This document shows, one piece after another, positions 32,468 through 42,250 of a DNA stretch of 64,000 nucleotides. The stretch is from an uncultured bacterium. GTDB lineage: Bacteria > Patescibacteriota > Minisyncoccia > Phycocordibacterales > CAIRYW01. The translations under genes were made by a program, and so were the position numbers. Position 1 is the stretch's first letter. Each line of letters begins with the position of its first letter. The DNA lies in contig CAVYBO010000002.1 in the NCBI GenBank assembly GCA_963766885.1, positions 365,521 to 429,520 of the forward strand. Reading direction: 5' to 3'. The notes under the pieces were generated by a model that saw nothing but the letters and a program-made list of their open reading frames with translations, was not told the origin of the DNA and made no database searches.

Positions 32468-33671
32468 TTATATTGACGAAGAAAGGTTGTAAATTGGAAT
32501 CAAAACCGAAGCCAAAAGAAAAGCTACGCCGAATCCCAAAACAACAATCATCACAGGCTCAATCAAATCCACCAAAGTATCCACCGAGTTGACGACTTCT
32601 CTTTCATAAAATCTGGCTAAGGTCTCAAGCATTCTGCCAAGTTCTCCTGTTTCTTCTCCGACTTTCACCATTTGGATGATAATGCCAGGCATTTCCGGAT
32701 GCAATGCAAAAGCATCAGAAAGGGTGCTGCCGGACTTTACCCTTTCAAGAGCATCAAGTAAAACCGTCCTATACACCTTACTGTCCACCACTTCGGCTGT
32801 AAGCTCTAACACTCTAATCATCGGCACGCCGGCAGAAAGGAGTGTGTTCATGTTGTCAGAAATTCTGGATAAATAAAGTTTCTTGTAGAGATTGCCGATA
32901 TACGGCGTGTTGATTTGGAATTCAGAAATGGCCATACTTCCACTTTCTGTCTTGTTGTATCTGTCTATAACATAAATCAATATAATGACAGCGATCAAAA
33001 TAAATAGACCATAATCTCTTACAACATTACTTATATCAATCACAATCTGGGTATATACAGGTATCGGTTGGCCAGAATCAGTGATTATAGAAGTAATTTT
33101 TGGAATAACTACCGTAAGCATTATGCTCATAACCAAAATACAGGTAAAGATGACAAACGCCGGATATATCAATGCGTTTTTTGCTTTTGAAGAAATTGCA
33201 TAGCTTCTATCCAAATAGTCTGCCAAATAAGTGAAAGTCTGATCAAGCTTGCCGCTTTCTTCTCCGGCGCGCACCATGTTTATATAAAAAGTGCTGAAAA
33301 CTTTTGGGTGCTTGGACATAGCTTTGGAAATTGACGTTCCACCCTGGATATCACTAGCAACTTCAGCCAAAACATCTCCCAAGGACTGCACTCTCGCTTT
33401 GTTCTGAAAGAATTCTAAAAACTCTGAGAGCTGAAACCTGAGCAGAAAAAAGAGTGGCTATCTGGCGGGAAACGATAACCAGGTCTCTGTTTTTAACATA
33501 GCTAAAAATGTTGAATTTTTTGTTTAGAAAACCAGAATTTGCTTCCTTGATCGTTGCAATAACTAATCCGCGCTTTTGAAGCGAAGTTATGGCAATATCC
33601 ACAGAAGAAGCGTCAATTGACCCCTCGCTTTCTTGGCCGTCTTTGTCTATGACTTTATATTTGAAAAGCAT
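32468..33671 (-). CDS. pilC: Type IV pilus platform protein (frameshift near 33380)
   Basis: T2SSF repeats: RAGEESGKLD, YPAFV, VGEETGELG, LIEP; two overlapping ORFs. Confidence 0.9.
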
Positions 33672-33692
33672 TTTAAATCAGTTATATTAAGA

Positions 33693-34754
33693 TTAAATCA
33701 TTCTTTCAAGCGCTTTAGGCTTAAAGGCAAACTTGTACGCATTTTCTATGCTGATTTCTCCGGCGCGCACCAAATCAGCAAGGCATCTGTTCATGTCAAC
33801 CATTCCCTGCTCCATGCTTGTTTCAATAACAGTATCTATTTCGTGAACTCTTTTTTCTCGTATCAAATTGGCCACAGCATCGTTTGCAATCATAAGCTCA
33901 TAAGCGGGAATTCTTCCTCCTGAAACTCTCGGCACAAGCCTCTGAGAAAACACCGCTAAAAGCGAACTGGCAAGTTGAATTCTGATTTGTTCCTGCTGAT
34001 CAGAAGGAAAAGAGTCAATGATTCTATCAATTGTTTGAGCCGCGTTGTTGGTATGAAGGGTCGAAAGCACAAGATGTCCTGTTTCCGCGGCGGTGACAGC
34101 AGCAGACATTGTTTCTGGATCGCGCATTTCTCCAACCACAATAACGTTTACATCTTCCCGAAGAGTGGAAATCAAAGCGCTATGAAAATTATTGGTGTCT
34201 ATTTTGACTTCTCTTTGATCTATAATGGATTTTTTCTGCTCAAAAGTGTATTCGATTGGATCTTCAATTGTCACAATATGTTCTGCTCTTTCTTGATTTA
34301 TTAATTCTGTCATTGAAGCAAGAGTTGTTGTTTTGCCCTGCCCGACCGGTCCCACTACCAAGAAAAATCCCTGTTTTCTTCTGGCAAAATCGCCGATAGC
34401 GCTTGGAATTTTAAGATCTTCGAGGGTTTTTATTACTTTTGGAATGAGCCTTAGGGCGATTGAGATGTGTCCCTGTTGAAAGAAGGCGTTGCCCCTAAAC
34501 CTTGCCGAGTTTTTGTATTCGTAAGAAAAATCAATTTCTTTGTTTTTTTGAAACATATCATAGAATTCCGCTGAAATAAGTTGTTTTAGAATTCCTCTGG
34601 TATCATCGCCGGAAAGCATTTCTTTTTTAAGAAGCGGAACAAGGGCTCCAGAAATTCTTATCATCGGATGCCTTCTTTCAGATACGTGCAAATCGGAGGC
34701 GTTTTCCCTTATGACTGTTTCTATTAAATCTTCTAGTTCTTTGTTGTAATCCAT
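33693..34754 (-). CDS. pilT: Pilus retraction ATPase
   Basis: GPVGQGKTTT, TIEDPIE, GEMRD, AAETGHLV, NLIRE. Confidence 0.95.
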   Translation of the reverse strand: MDYNKELEDLIETVIRENASDLHVSERRHPMIRISGALVPLLKKEMLSGDDTRGILKQLISAEFYDMFQKNKEIDFSYEYKNSARFRGNAFFQQGHISIALRLIPKVIKTLEDLKIPSAIGDFARRKQGFFLVVGPVGQGKTTTLASMTELINQERAEHIVTIEDPIEYTFEQKKSIIDQREVKIDTNNFHSALISTLREDVNVIVVGEMRDPETMSAAVTAAETGHLVLSTLHTNNAAQTIDRIIDSFPSDQQEQIRIQLASSLLAVFSQRLVPRVSGGRIPAYELMIANDAVANLIREKRVHEIDTVIETSMEQGMVDMNRCLADLVRAGEISIENAYKFAFKPKALERMI

Positions 34755-34759
34755 TTGTA

Positions 34760-35167
34760 TTATTTTTTATCTTTTTCTTCAGTAATCCTAAGAACCTCTT
34801 TTAAAACTTCTGACGGTATCGTAGTCGCTTTGACTATAAATCCGTCAACATTCAGCTTTTGCGCCCTATCAATATCGCTTGGCTGACCTTGGTTGGAAAG
34901 AATAATGACTGTGGTATTGGGTATAAGATTTTCTTTGCGAATTGTTTCCAAAAGCTCCATACCGTCCATTCCAGGCATCACAACATCTAAAAGCAAAATA
35001 TCTGGGCTCAATCCTGTACGAAATTTGTCTAGAGCTTCCTCAGCAGATTGAATAGCTTGAACTCCCATTCCTTCTTTGGTGAATTTCATTGAATACATAT
35101 TTAAAAGGAACTTATCATCATCCACCAAAACTATTGAATATTTATTCTTTACTTTGTTATCGTCCAT
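34760..35167 (-). CDS. Response regulator (receiver only)
   Basis: LVDDD, LLDVVMPGMDG. Confidence 0.9.
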   Translation of the reverse strand: MDDNKVKNKYSIVLVDDDKFLLNMYSMKFTKEGMGVQAIQSAEEALDKFRTGLSPDILLLDVVMPGMDGMELLETIRKENLIPNTTVIILSNQGQPSDIDRAQKLNVDGFIVKATTIPSEVLKEVLRITEEKDKK

Positions 35168-35202
35168 TACTATTTAATTATAACATCAAATTTATGCAAA
35201 TT

Positions 35203-36926
35203 TTATGCCAGAGTGCTTATTTCTTCAAAAGGAATTTGATGATCAAGGGCTTTGATGATTGCGTCTTCTTTCATTGTGAGCATTCCCTCTTTTCTAACTA
35301 CTTTCCAAATTTCAGTTTCAACAGGACTTGCAAGAATAACACTTTCCAATTCTCTACTCATTTTAAAAACTTCAAAGACAGCTAGCCTTCCGTGAGTGCC
35401 CTTAGGACACTCAGTAGTGGGTGTCGCCTCAAGCACCGTTCTCTTTTTTGACAAATCGATTTTAGAATCTTGAGGTAAATCCACAAACTGTTTGTCTATC
35501 ATTACTTGAATACTTCCTTCTACAGGGATCTCTTTGGCACCTTCAGGACATATTTTTGCAACAAGACGCTGCGCCATAGATAAAATCAAAGTCGGAGCGA
35601 TAAGATATGGGTCGATGCCCATATCCACAAGTCTTGGAATTACGCCGATTGCATCGTTGGTGTGAATTGTCGAAAATACAAGGTGACCAGTAAGCGCGGC
35701 CTGGATTGCAAGAGCTGCGGTTTCCTTATCTCTGATTTCTCCAACCATGATTATATCCGGATCTTGACGAAGTGTGGTACGCAACCCATTGGCAAAGGTA
35801 TAGTCTATCTCCGGTCTGATTTGCGATTGGCTCATTCCTTCAATGCTGTATTCCACAGGATCTTCCAAAGAAAGCACGTTATTGGATTCTTTATCTACTT
35901 CTTCTATCATGGAATACAGCGTTGTGGTTTTTCCAGATCCCGTAGGCCCAGAAATCAAAATCAATCCGTAAGGCTTGTGAATGGCTTCTTTTACTAATTC
36001 CATATTTCTTGGCGATAAATCCAGATCCTTCAAAGATTTAACACCTCTTGAGTCTGGTCCAAAATTCTCATCACAACCTTTTCTCCATAATATGTTGGAA
36101 ATGTTGAAACACGAAAATCAATTTTTCTACCGTCAATTCTTGCGCTGAATCTGCCGTCTTGAGGCTTTCTTTTTTCATCAAGCTTCATATCAGATAGAAT
36201 TTTTATTCTTGCCACAACAGCATTGAGAACTTTTGCAGGTAAAATAAGCGATGTGTGCAAAACGCCGTCCAACCTGAATCTAACTCTGACCTTATCAGCC
36301 ATTGGCTCTACATGCACATCAGACGCTTCACCTTCGATGGCATAACGAAGAATTGTGGCAACAATTTTTTTAACTGGCGCATCTTCTATAATATTTACAG
36401 AATTTATTTTTTTGCCGACTTCCTCGTCCTTAATATTGACCATCTCTCTTTCTTCGTCTGAAAGATCATCTTCTAATTCAGAAAGAGCTTTTGTGACTTC
36501 TCCAGATAGACCTTTGTAAGAAAGCATGGCTTTTTCATAGTCCTCCTTTGAAATAAGGAAAATTTTATAAGGAACATTGTTTTTTGAGGTAATGAAGTTA
36601 ATCGCGTCGCGGGCATCCAGATTTTCCGGGTCTACTACTCCAACTTCGAGAGCGCCGGCTTTTAAGTCTAAGGGCAGTATTTTGTAATAGTTTGCAGAGT
36701 CTTCTGGAATAAACTTCAAAATTTCCATCGGTATATTAGGGCTAGACAAGACTCTGGTCGGCACACTCATATATTGACCTTTAGCTTCAAGAATGTCTTT
36801 ACTGCTTACTCCGTATGATTTTAAAATATCTTCAAGTTGTTGGGGTGAAGCGGCTTCTGATTGTGCTTTTTTTGCGTCTTCAGAGGTTATTACCCCCTTT
36901 TTTAAAAGAATAGTTAAAAAATCCAT
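35203..36926 (-). CDS. pilB: Pilus assembly ATPase (frameshift near 36058)
   Basis: ASDVHVEP, KPQDGRF in 36030-36926; GPTGSGKTTT, LRQDPD, GEIRD in 35203-36033. Confidence 0.92.
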
Positions 36927-36928
36927 TG

Positions 36929-37327
36929 CTATTGATTAGTTTGCGAATTAAGAGAAGGTGTTGAAGTGCTAGAAACCGTCTCCTCTGAAAGTCCTAAGTC
37001 TTCAACTGTTGAAGATCCAGCATTCATACCCTCAACTGGAGCAAACGGATCATCTCTTTGCTTGTCCTCTGGAATAATCGTCTGACCAAAATCCTTAAGA
37101 GAAGCATACTCTTGGTCATCAAAAAATGTTGTATCGAATTGAATATTTTGCACCTGCAAAAGAAGTGGTAAAAAATCAGCTAGGTCTGGATTGTCTGTTG
37201 TTGTGGTAACTGAGACAGCATCCGTACTGCCGTTATTTTTGAAAAACATATTATAAAAAATGAAACCCACCGCTAAAATTGCGATAATAATTATGGGTAT
37301 TTTAAATTTTTGAAATAAGTCTTTCAT
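36929..37327 (-). CDS. Pilus-associated membrane protein
   Basis: N-terminal TM, RDDPFAP motif, within pil operon. Confidence 0.65.
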   Translation of the reverse strand: MKDLFQKFKIPIIIIAILAVGFIFYNMFFKNNGSTDAVSVTTTTDNPDLADFLPLLLQVQNIQFDTTFFDDQEYASLKDFGQTIIPEDKQRDDPFAPVEGMNAGSSTVEDLGLSEETVSSTSTPSLNSQTNQ

Positions 37328-37328
37328 T

Positions 37329-37880
37329 TTATTTTAGCCAATATGTTCTTATGTTTACTAAATAATCATAAGCAGTCCCGGTATTAGGAGATTGAAAATC
37401 AACACCTATAACATCGACAACCCTGAGACTCTGCTCTAAATCCTCTAAAAATGCGACGAAGCTCTGGTAACTTCCGGTAACCTCAAAAGAAAGCACAAGG
37501 GATCCGACAGGGTCAGTATTTGGACCAAGAGTGGCTTGTCCGCTTATATTGTTGGAAACATCTTGATTCTGTATTTTTATATTTCGCAGTGACATTCCGT
37601 GATTCCTTGCGATGCCGTTCATATCAAGGGCCAGCTGAACGTTGTCAACATCATCAGGCAAAAGCTTAACTATTGCATCCAAATCTGCCGGACTAAAACT
37701 GTTGTATTCTGATTCCAACTGCTTTCTTTTATTAAGAATTTGTACAGATTTGTCCAGAGCAGCATTTAAACTACTGACTTGAGAACTGACACTTTTTATA
37801 GCCTGATACTGAGGATTTGTAACAGCCAGAAAAATCCCGATTGATGCAATTAAAATTAAAATTGGAACTATTGTTTTCAT
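37329..37880 (-). CDS. pilO: PilO-like protein
   Basis: TM, coiled-coil, KLLP, GSYQSFVAFLEDLEQSLRVVDV. Confidence 0.85.
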   Translation of the reverse strand: MKTIVPILILIASIGIFLAVTNPQYQAIKSVSSQVSSLNAALDKSVQILNKRKQLESEYNSFSPADLDAIVKLLPDDVDNVQLALDMNGIARNHGMSLRNIKIQNQDVSNNISGQATLGPNTDPVGSLVLSFEVTGSYQSFVAFLEDLEQSLRVVDVIGVDFQSPNTGTAYDYLVNIRTYWLK

Positions 37881-38608
37881 TGCGATTGGATTTGATTATT
37901 TGAAGAGCTGTTAGTGTCTGTTTGGCTCTGAGTGGTGCTTGAATCTGAATTTGTATCTGTACTTGAGACACTCTGACTTAAATCTGTAACTGTACTTGAA
38001 GCGTCCTGATTTTGATCAGTAGCATAAGCGCTTAGATTGTTTTTATACAACAAGAAACTTGGATCAATGTTGGCACTGAAATCAAAAACCACATTTCCTG
38101 ACTTATCAAGATTTAGATTGGAGAATACAACATTCCTAAAGGCTGGGTCGTTTGAAAATACTTTAGCCTGATATGCCAGAGAATTATAAGATGCTGCCAA
38201 GCCAGACATCTGGACAGCAATTGACCCTGTATTGTCAGTACCATATTTTAAGTTCAAAAACTGAACTGACTTCAAAGTGTCATTGTCCAGAAGATTAAAA
38301 AGGGCTGAAATTGATACATGATTTTCCAATAGAGAACTTGCATTAGTAAAACGGCTGTTTAGCCTTGCGTACTCCTTTATAGTGTCCGGCTCAAAAGCAT
38401 TTTCATTTTTTTCCAGATCATTTTGAATAGATGCCACTTCGCTCAAGAGATACTGGTGCCACGCATAAGTGCCCGCTGCCACTACCACGCTTAATATAAG
38501 GATAATAATTGAAATAAAACTAAGAAAGCTCCCTTCCCTGTGAGGGCCTGAGATTGGCTTATCAAGAGACGTCTTTGGTATAAAAGTATTTTGAAAATTT
38601 GTTTCCAC
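37877..38608 (-). CDS. PilN-like protein
   Basis: TFIPK, TM helix, position between pilM and pilO. Confidence 0.7.
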   Translation of the reverse strand: METNFQNTFIPKTSLDKPISGPHREGSFLSFISIIILILSVVVAAGTYAWHQYLLSEVASIQNDLEKNENAFEPDTIKEYARLNSRFTNASSLLENHVSISALFNLLDNDTLKSVQFLNLKYGTDNTGSIAVQMSGLAASYNSLAYQAKVFSNDPAFRNVVFSNLNLDKSGNVVFDFSANIDPSFLLYKNNLSAYATDQNQDASSTVTDLSQSVSSTDTNSDSSTTQSQTDTNSSSNNQIQSQ

Positions 38609-38691
38609 TTCTCTTATATTCTAACCCCTAATCAAAATTCTGTGTAGAGCAAACTGTGCACATCTTTAGAATTTAATAGTTTAAATTATGA

Positions 38692-39807
38692 TTACATAAA
38701 TTCCTGAAGCTTGCGCAAGGCAATACCGGCAGCAACGGCAAAATCCAAACCGCTTTCTTTGAGAATATCAGCAAGAAACGCCGGCACTTCAATTTTGCCA
38801 AAAGCATCCCCCATAACAACCTGTGTTTGGAACTTGGATTTTGCAAAATCTATAAAACCACTCATAGCAACTCCGCCGCCAGTTAGAAATACCTTTGATA
38901 CCGCTTTGTGGGTTTTTTTCTCATAAAAAAGCATAAAGCTTCCCGCTTCTGAAAAAACGTAATCTAGAGTGAGAGACACTATGTCATAAATGCTTTTTTC
39001 TTCTTCTTTGTTCAGAGTCCCCATGTTTCTTTTGATTTTTTCCGCCTTCTCCATGGAAACTTGGTAGCCTTGGGAAATGGCGGAAGTGATATCCTGAGAG
39101 CCTTTGTTTATTATGTGCGACTGCTTGACTATACCTCTTTCAACTATATAAAGTTTTGTTGCTGCGGCGCCCATGTCAAAAATCATAACTGTGTTTATTT
39201 CGTGCTCAATAATAGAACGGATTGTTGCAAACATTTCTATTTCAAAAAAACTTGTCGCAAGTCCCGCGCCTTTGACTACTGAATTATAATTGTTCAAAAC
39301 TTCATTATGGATTGAAACAATCAAAACTTCTGTTTTGTCTGATTTGATCGGCTCTTCGTCGCCCGGAGAAGCAAAGCTTCGAGGCTCCTCTTTTGGAATT
39401 ATCCACCAATCCATTGCAACTTCGCTTATCGGCACAGGAATATATTTTCTGGCTTCAAGCGGCACCATCTTGTTCAGTTCGTTTTGAGAAAGATTCGGCA
39501 TTTCAATTATTGAAACTAAGCTGGCGCGCAAAGGAATAGCGATACCGGCGTTTGCTGTAGTGACATTCGCTTCCTTCATCAAATCTCTTATGATCTCGCT
39601 TACCTTTTCCTGTGGAAGTGTTGCAGCTTGGCCAATTGTCACTCCGGCATAAGGACCTATAGCGAGACTTCCGTAAGTTTTTAGAATCGCTTTGCCTTTT
39701 GATTTGGCAACCTGGACGATTTTTATAGCCGAAGACCCAATGTCAACTCCGATTACGTTCGTGTCTGCGTGGTTGAACTTAAGTATGTTACTTAAAAAAT
39801 TATTCAT
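38692..39807 (-). CDS. pilM: Type IV pilus assembly protein PilM
   Basis: GVDIGSSAIK, EARKYIP, DMGA, LTGGG. Confidence 0.93.
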   Translation of the reverse strand: MNNFLSNILKFNHADTNVIGVDIGSSAIKIVQVAKSKGKAILKTYGSLAIGPYAGVTIGQAATLPQEKVSEIIRDLMKEANVTTANAGIAIPLRASLVSIIEMPNLSQNELNKMVPLEARKYIPVPISEVAMDWWIIPKEEPRSFASPGDEEPIKSDKTEVLIVSIHNEVLNNYNSVVKGAGLATSFFEIEMFATIRSIIEHEINTVMIFDMGAAATKLYIVERGIVKQSHIINKGSQDITSAISQGYQVSMEKAEKIKRNMGTLNKEEEKSIYDIVSLTLDYVFSEAGSFMLFYEKKTHKAVSKVFLTGGGVAMSGFIDFAKSKFQTQVVMGDAFGKIEVPAFLADILKESGLDFAVAAGIALRKLQEFM

Positions 39808-39834
39808 AAAATATAGTAATATAGAGATTATATC

Positions 39835-40518
39835 ATGATGGATCGGATCTTCTTTAAAATTCTATCATTTTTTCAGGATTGTTATGAAGAGTATCTTTTT
39901 CAAAAAAGCCCACTGGCAATCAGGCTTGAAAAATTCCAAAGCCAGGATTGGCTTGCTCTTCTTTCTCCCTTAGAAAAAAATAATGTCTTGAGTTTTTTTT
40001 CCTATGAAAACAAAGAAATACACGAGGCCATAAGAGAAATAAAATATTCCAGAAACAAAAAAATTCTTGTTTCTTTGGCTGATTTTTGCGCAGATATGCT
40101 TTTATCTTTTTTGGAAGATGATATAAATTTTGGTTCGGATTCAAAAATTGTTTTTGTTTCGGTGCCGAGCCATAAAAAAAGTTTGCAAGAAAAAGGATTC
40201 AACCAAGCAGAAGATCTGAGTAAAGAAATTTCCAAAAAATTTGCAATTCCATCGCAAATGAATAAAAATATTTTAAAGAAAATTAAGTACACCAAGCACC
40301 AGACAAATCTTTCCAGAAATGAAAGACTAAAAAATCTGCATCAGGCGTTCATCGCAGAAATTCCCGAAGAAATTAAGGTCGAAATCGACAAAACATTTTT
40401 TATCGTCATAGACGATGTCTCCACCACTGGAAGCACAATGCGCGAAAGCCGGCGCGTGCTTCGCCGCGCCGGCGCAAAACATATTCTTTGTTTTTCTATC
40501 GCCCGAAGCGGAGAGTAA
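39835..40518 (+). CDS. comF: ComF-family phosphoribosyltransferase
   Basis: KGFNQAE, IDDVSTTGST. Confidence 0.88.
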   Translation: MMDRIFFKILSFFQDCYEEYLFQKSPLAIRLEKFQSQDWLALLSPLEKNNVLSFFSYENKEIHEAIREIKYSRNKKILVSLADFCADMLLSFLEDDINFGSDSKIVFVSVPSHKKSLQEKGFNQAEDLSKEISKKFAIPSQMNKNILKKIKYTKHQTNLSRNERLKNLHQAFIAEIPEEIKVEIDKTFFIVIDDVSTTGSTMRESRRVLRRAGAKHILCFSIARSGE

Positions 40519-40845
40519 CTATTTAACTTCCTCCCACACCCCTCTTTCAGAGTTATAGACAGCAACTTTGTCACCACCTATAGCCATATCATTTTCATAA
40601 TAAACTTTGTGTATAGCAGTTTCTGAAGCTTGATTTTGATTTGGAAATCTTCCTTTTCTCATATATTCATATTGAGTAATTTCTCCAGGATTTTCTCCTT
40701 CAACTTTTGCTTCAAGTAAATAAAGCCCTCCTTCGTCAGATAATTCACGAACCAGAGTGGTGTTTTCTGCGAATAGTCCAATAGCTTCCATTACTTCTTC
40801 TTTTGTCGGAATACGTTCTGGTCCTTTTTCAATTGGGTTTTCCAT
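40519..40845 (-). CDS. Hypothetical protein
   Basis: 108-aa ORF; no motif recognised. Confidence 0.65.
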   Translation of the reverse strand: MENPIEKGPERIPTKEEVMEAIGLFAENTTLVRELSDEGGLYLLEAKVEGENPGEITQYEYMRKGRFPNQNQASETAIHKVYYENDMAIGGDKVAVYNSERGVWEEVK

Positions 40846-40868
40846 TATTCTATTATAGCGCAGTTAAA

Positions 40869-41456
40869 TCACCCGTTATTATTCTTCAAAAACAATTTCA
40901 CAATCAGATAAATGGCAATAGCTACAATAACAATCCAGCCCAAAATTTCCAAAACGTCAGAATAGCTTTCTGAGAACACGCCGAGATAATATCCAAGGGT
41001 TATAAAAAATACGATGTTGATTATGTTTCCAACAATATCAATAAATACAAAAACTTTTGCCGGTACTTCAGTCAACCCCGCCAAGAAATTTATAACCACC
41101 CCAGGCGTGCCGGTAAAGCGAGTTAGGAAAATTGTCATCTTGGAATGAGCATTAAAAAAATCTTCAATCTTTGCCAGAATTGAAAATTTTCTCATACGCT
41201 CTTTGGTGATTATTTTATTTCCCCAAATTCTTGTGACAGAAAAAGCAGAAATATCTCCTAAACAATTGCTTATGAGTCCAACCACAAAAAGCGTCTCAAC
41301 ATTAAAGTATCCTTGGCTTGCAAACGTGCCAGCAGCCATAAATAAAGTGTTGGAAGGAAGCGGCAGTAGAAAACTAGAAAGCAAAATAACCACAAATACT
41401 GTTACATACTTGTACAGGAGCAGATATGAGAGCAGTGTTGTGACAATATAATCCAT
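40869..41456 (-). CDS. DedA/VTT family membrane protein
   Basis: LPLPS..AAG, LGD, FLTRF, NFLAG. Confidence 0.88.
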   Translation of the reverse strand: MDYIVTTLLSYLLLYKYVTVFVVILLSSFLLPLPSNTLFMAAGTFASQGYFNVETLFVVGLISNCLGDISAFSVTRIWGNKIITKERMRKFSILAKIEDFFNAHSKMTIFLTRFTGTPGVVINFLAGLTEVPAKVFVFIDIVGNIINIVFFITLGYYLGVFSESYSDVLEILGWIVIVAIAIYLIVKLFLKNNNG

Positions 41457-41465
41457 CAGCAGTAT

Positions 41466-41858
41466 TTAGGTTTTAGAAGAAAAATACTGCCTGACAGCTG
41501 CTCTTACCGTATTTGTAAATATGGTTCCTGTTTTGCCAATTGATTTTGCATATTTAACAATGACAATATTAGGATATTTTGGATTAGAAATATGCAAAGC
41601 ATTTTTCAAATAATTGTTTGGCAATTTGAAAGAGATATTTATGTAATTGAATGTCATCCATGGCTCAATATAAATGACATCTGCTGCATTAAGGGGTTTT
41701 TGGCTCGCTAAGTTTTGCAGCTGCAATTTTTCGGTGTTTATTATTCCCTGATTTCTTATCTCAAAATATTGTTCAGCTAATAATCCAAAAAGAATAATAA
41801 GCACAAGAAGCAGAATCAAAAGCAGCGCTTTGGCAATCTGTTTTGGTCGGATATTCAT
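41466..41858 (-). CDS. Hypothetical membrane-anchored protein
   Basis: N-terminal TM, IEPWMTFNYIN; upstream of DedA. Confidence 0.7.
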   Translation of the reverse strand: MNIRPKQIAKALLLILLLVLIILFGLLAEQYFEIRNQGIINTEKLQLQNLASQKPLNAADVIYIEPWMTFNYINISFKLPNNYLKNALHISNPKYPNIVIVKYAKSIGKTGTIFTNTVRAAVRQYFSSKT

Positions 41859-41924
41859 AATGTCTAATTATAACATTATGAAAATAGAAAAAGATGAGGT
41901 TTTATGATAATCTGTCAAAACCTT

Positions 41925-42013
41925 GGAGACGTGTCAGAGCGGTCGAATGTGCATCTTTGCTAAAGATGTAGGGGCTTCAAAACCCCTCGCGGGTTCGAAT
42001 CCCGCCGTCTCCG
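41925..42013 (+). tRNA. tRNA-Ser(GCT)
   Basis: CATCT-TTGCTAA-AGATG anticodon arm, long variable arm, G73. Confidence 0.95.
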
Positions 42014-42060
42014 AAAAGACTGATTCTGATATATTTTATATCAGAATCTGGCTTTGGGAC

Positions 42061-42145
42061 GCCGATTCGAAAGACGCAGACGCGACGGCGTCGAGCCGGG
42101 GTCGCAGAAATTTTCAGCAGAAAATCATCTGTGACCGAATCCCAC
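42061..42145 (+). repeat. tRNA-linked palindromic element
   Basis: Similar to reverse complement of 53490-53568 (GGGGTCG..AATTT(T)CAGCAGAAA..ATCTGTGACCGA). Confidence 0.8.
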
Positions 42146-42155
42146 TGTGATTATT

Positions 42156-42245
42156 GGAGAGATGGATGAGTGGTTTAAATCAGCAGTTTACTAAACTGCC
42201 GAGCCTTAACAGGCTCCGAGGGTTCGAATCCCTCTCTCTCCGCCA
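42156..42245 (+). tRNA. tRNA-Ser(ACT)
   Basis: GCAGT-TTACTAA-ACTGC anticodon arm, long variable arm, G73, encoded CCA. Confidence 0.9.
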
Positions 42246-42250
42246 AGCCT

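Noticed and set aside
40440-40478. GC-rich palindrome in comF as an inserted element
   Set aside because: Encodes the normal ComF C-terminal helix (RRVLRRAGAK) with no extra length
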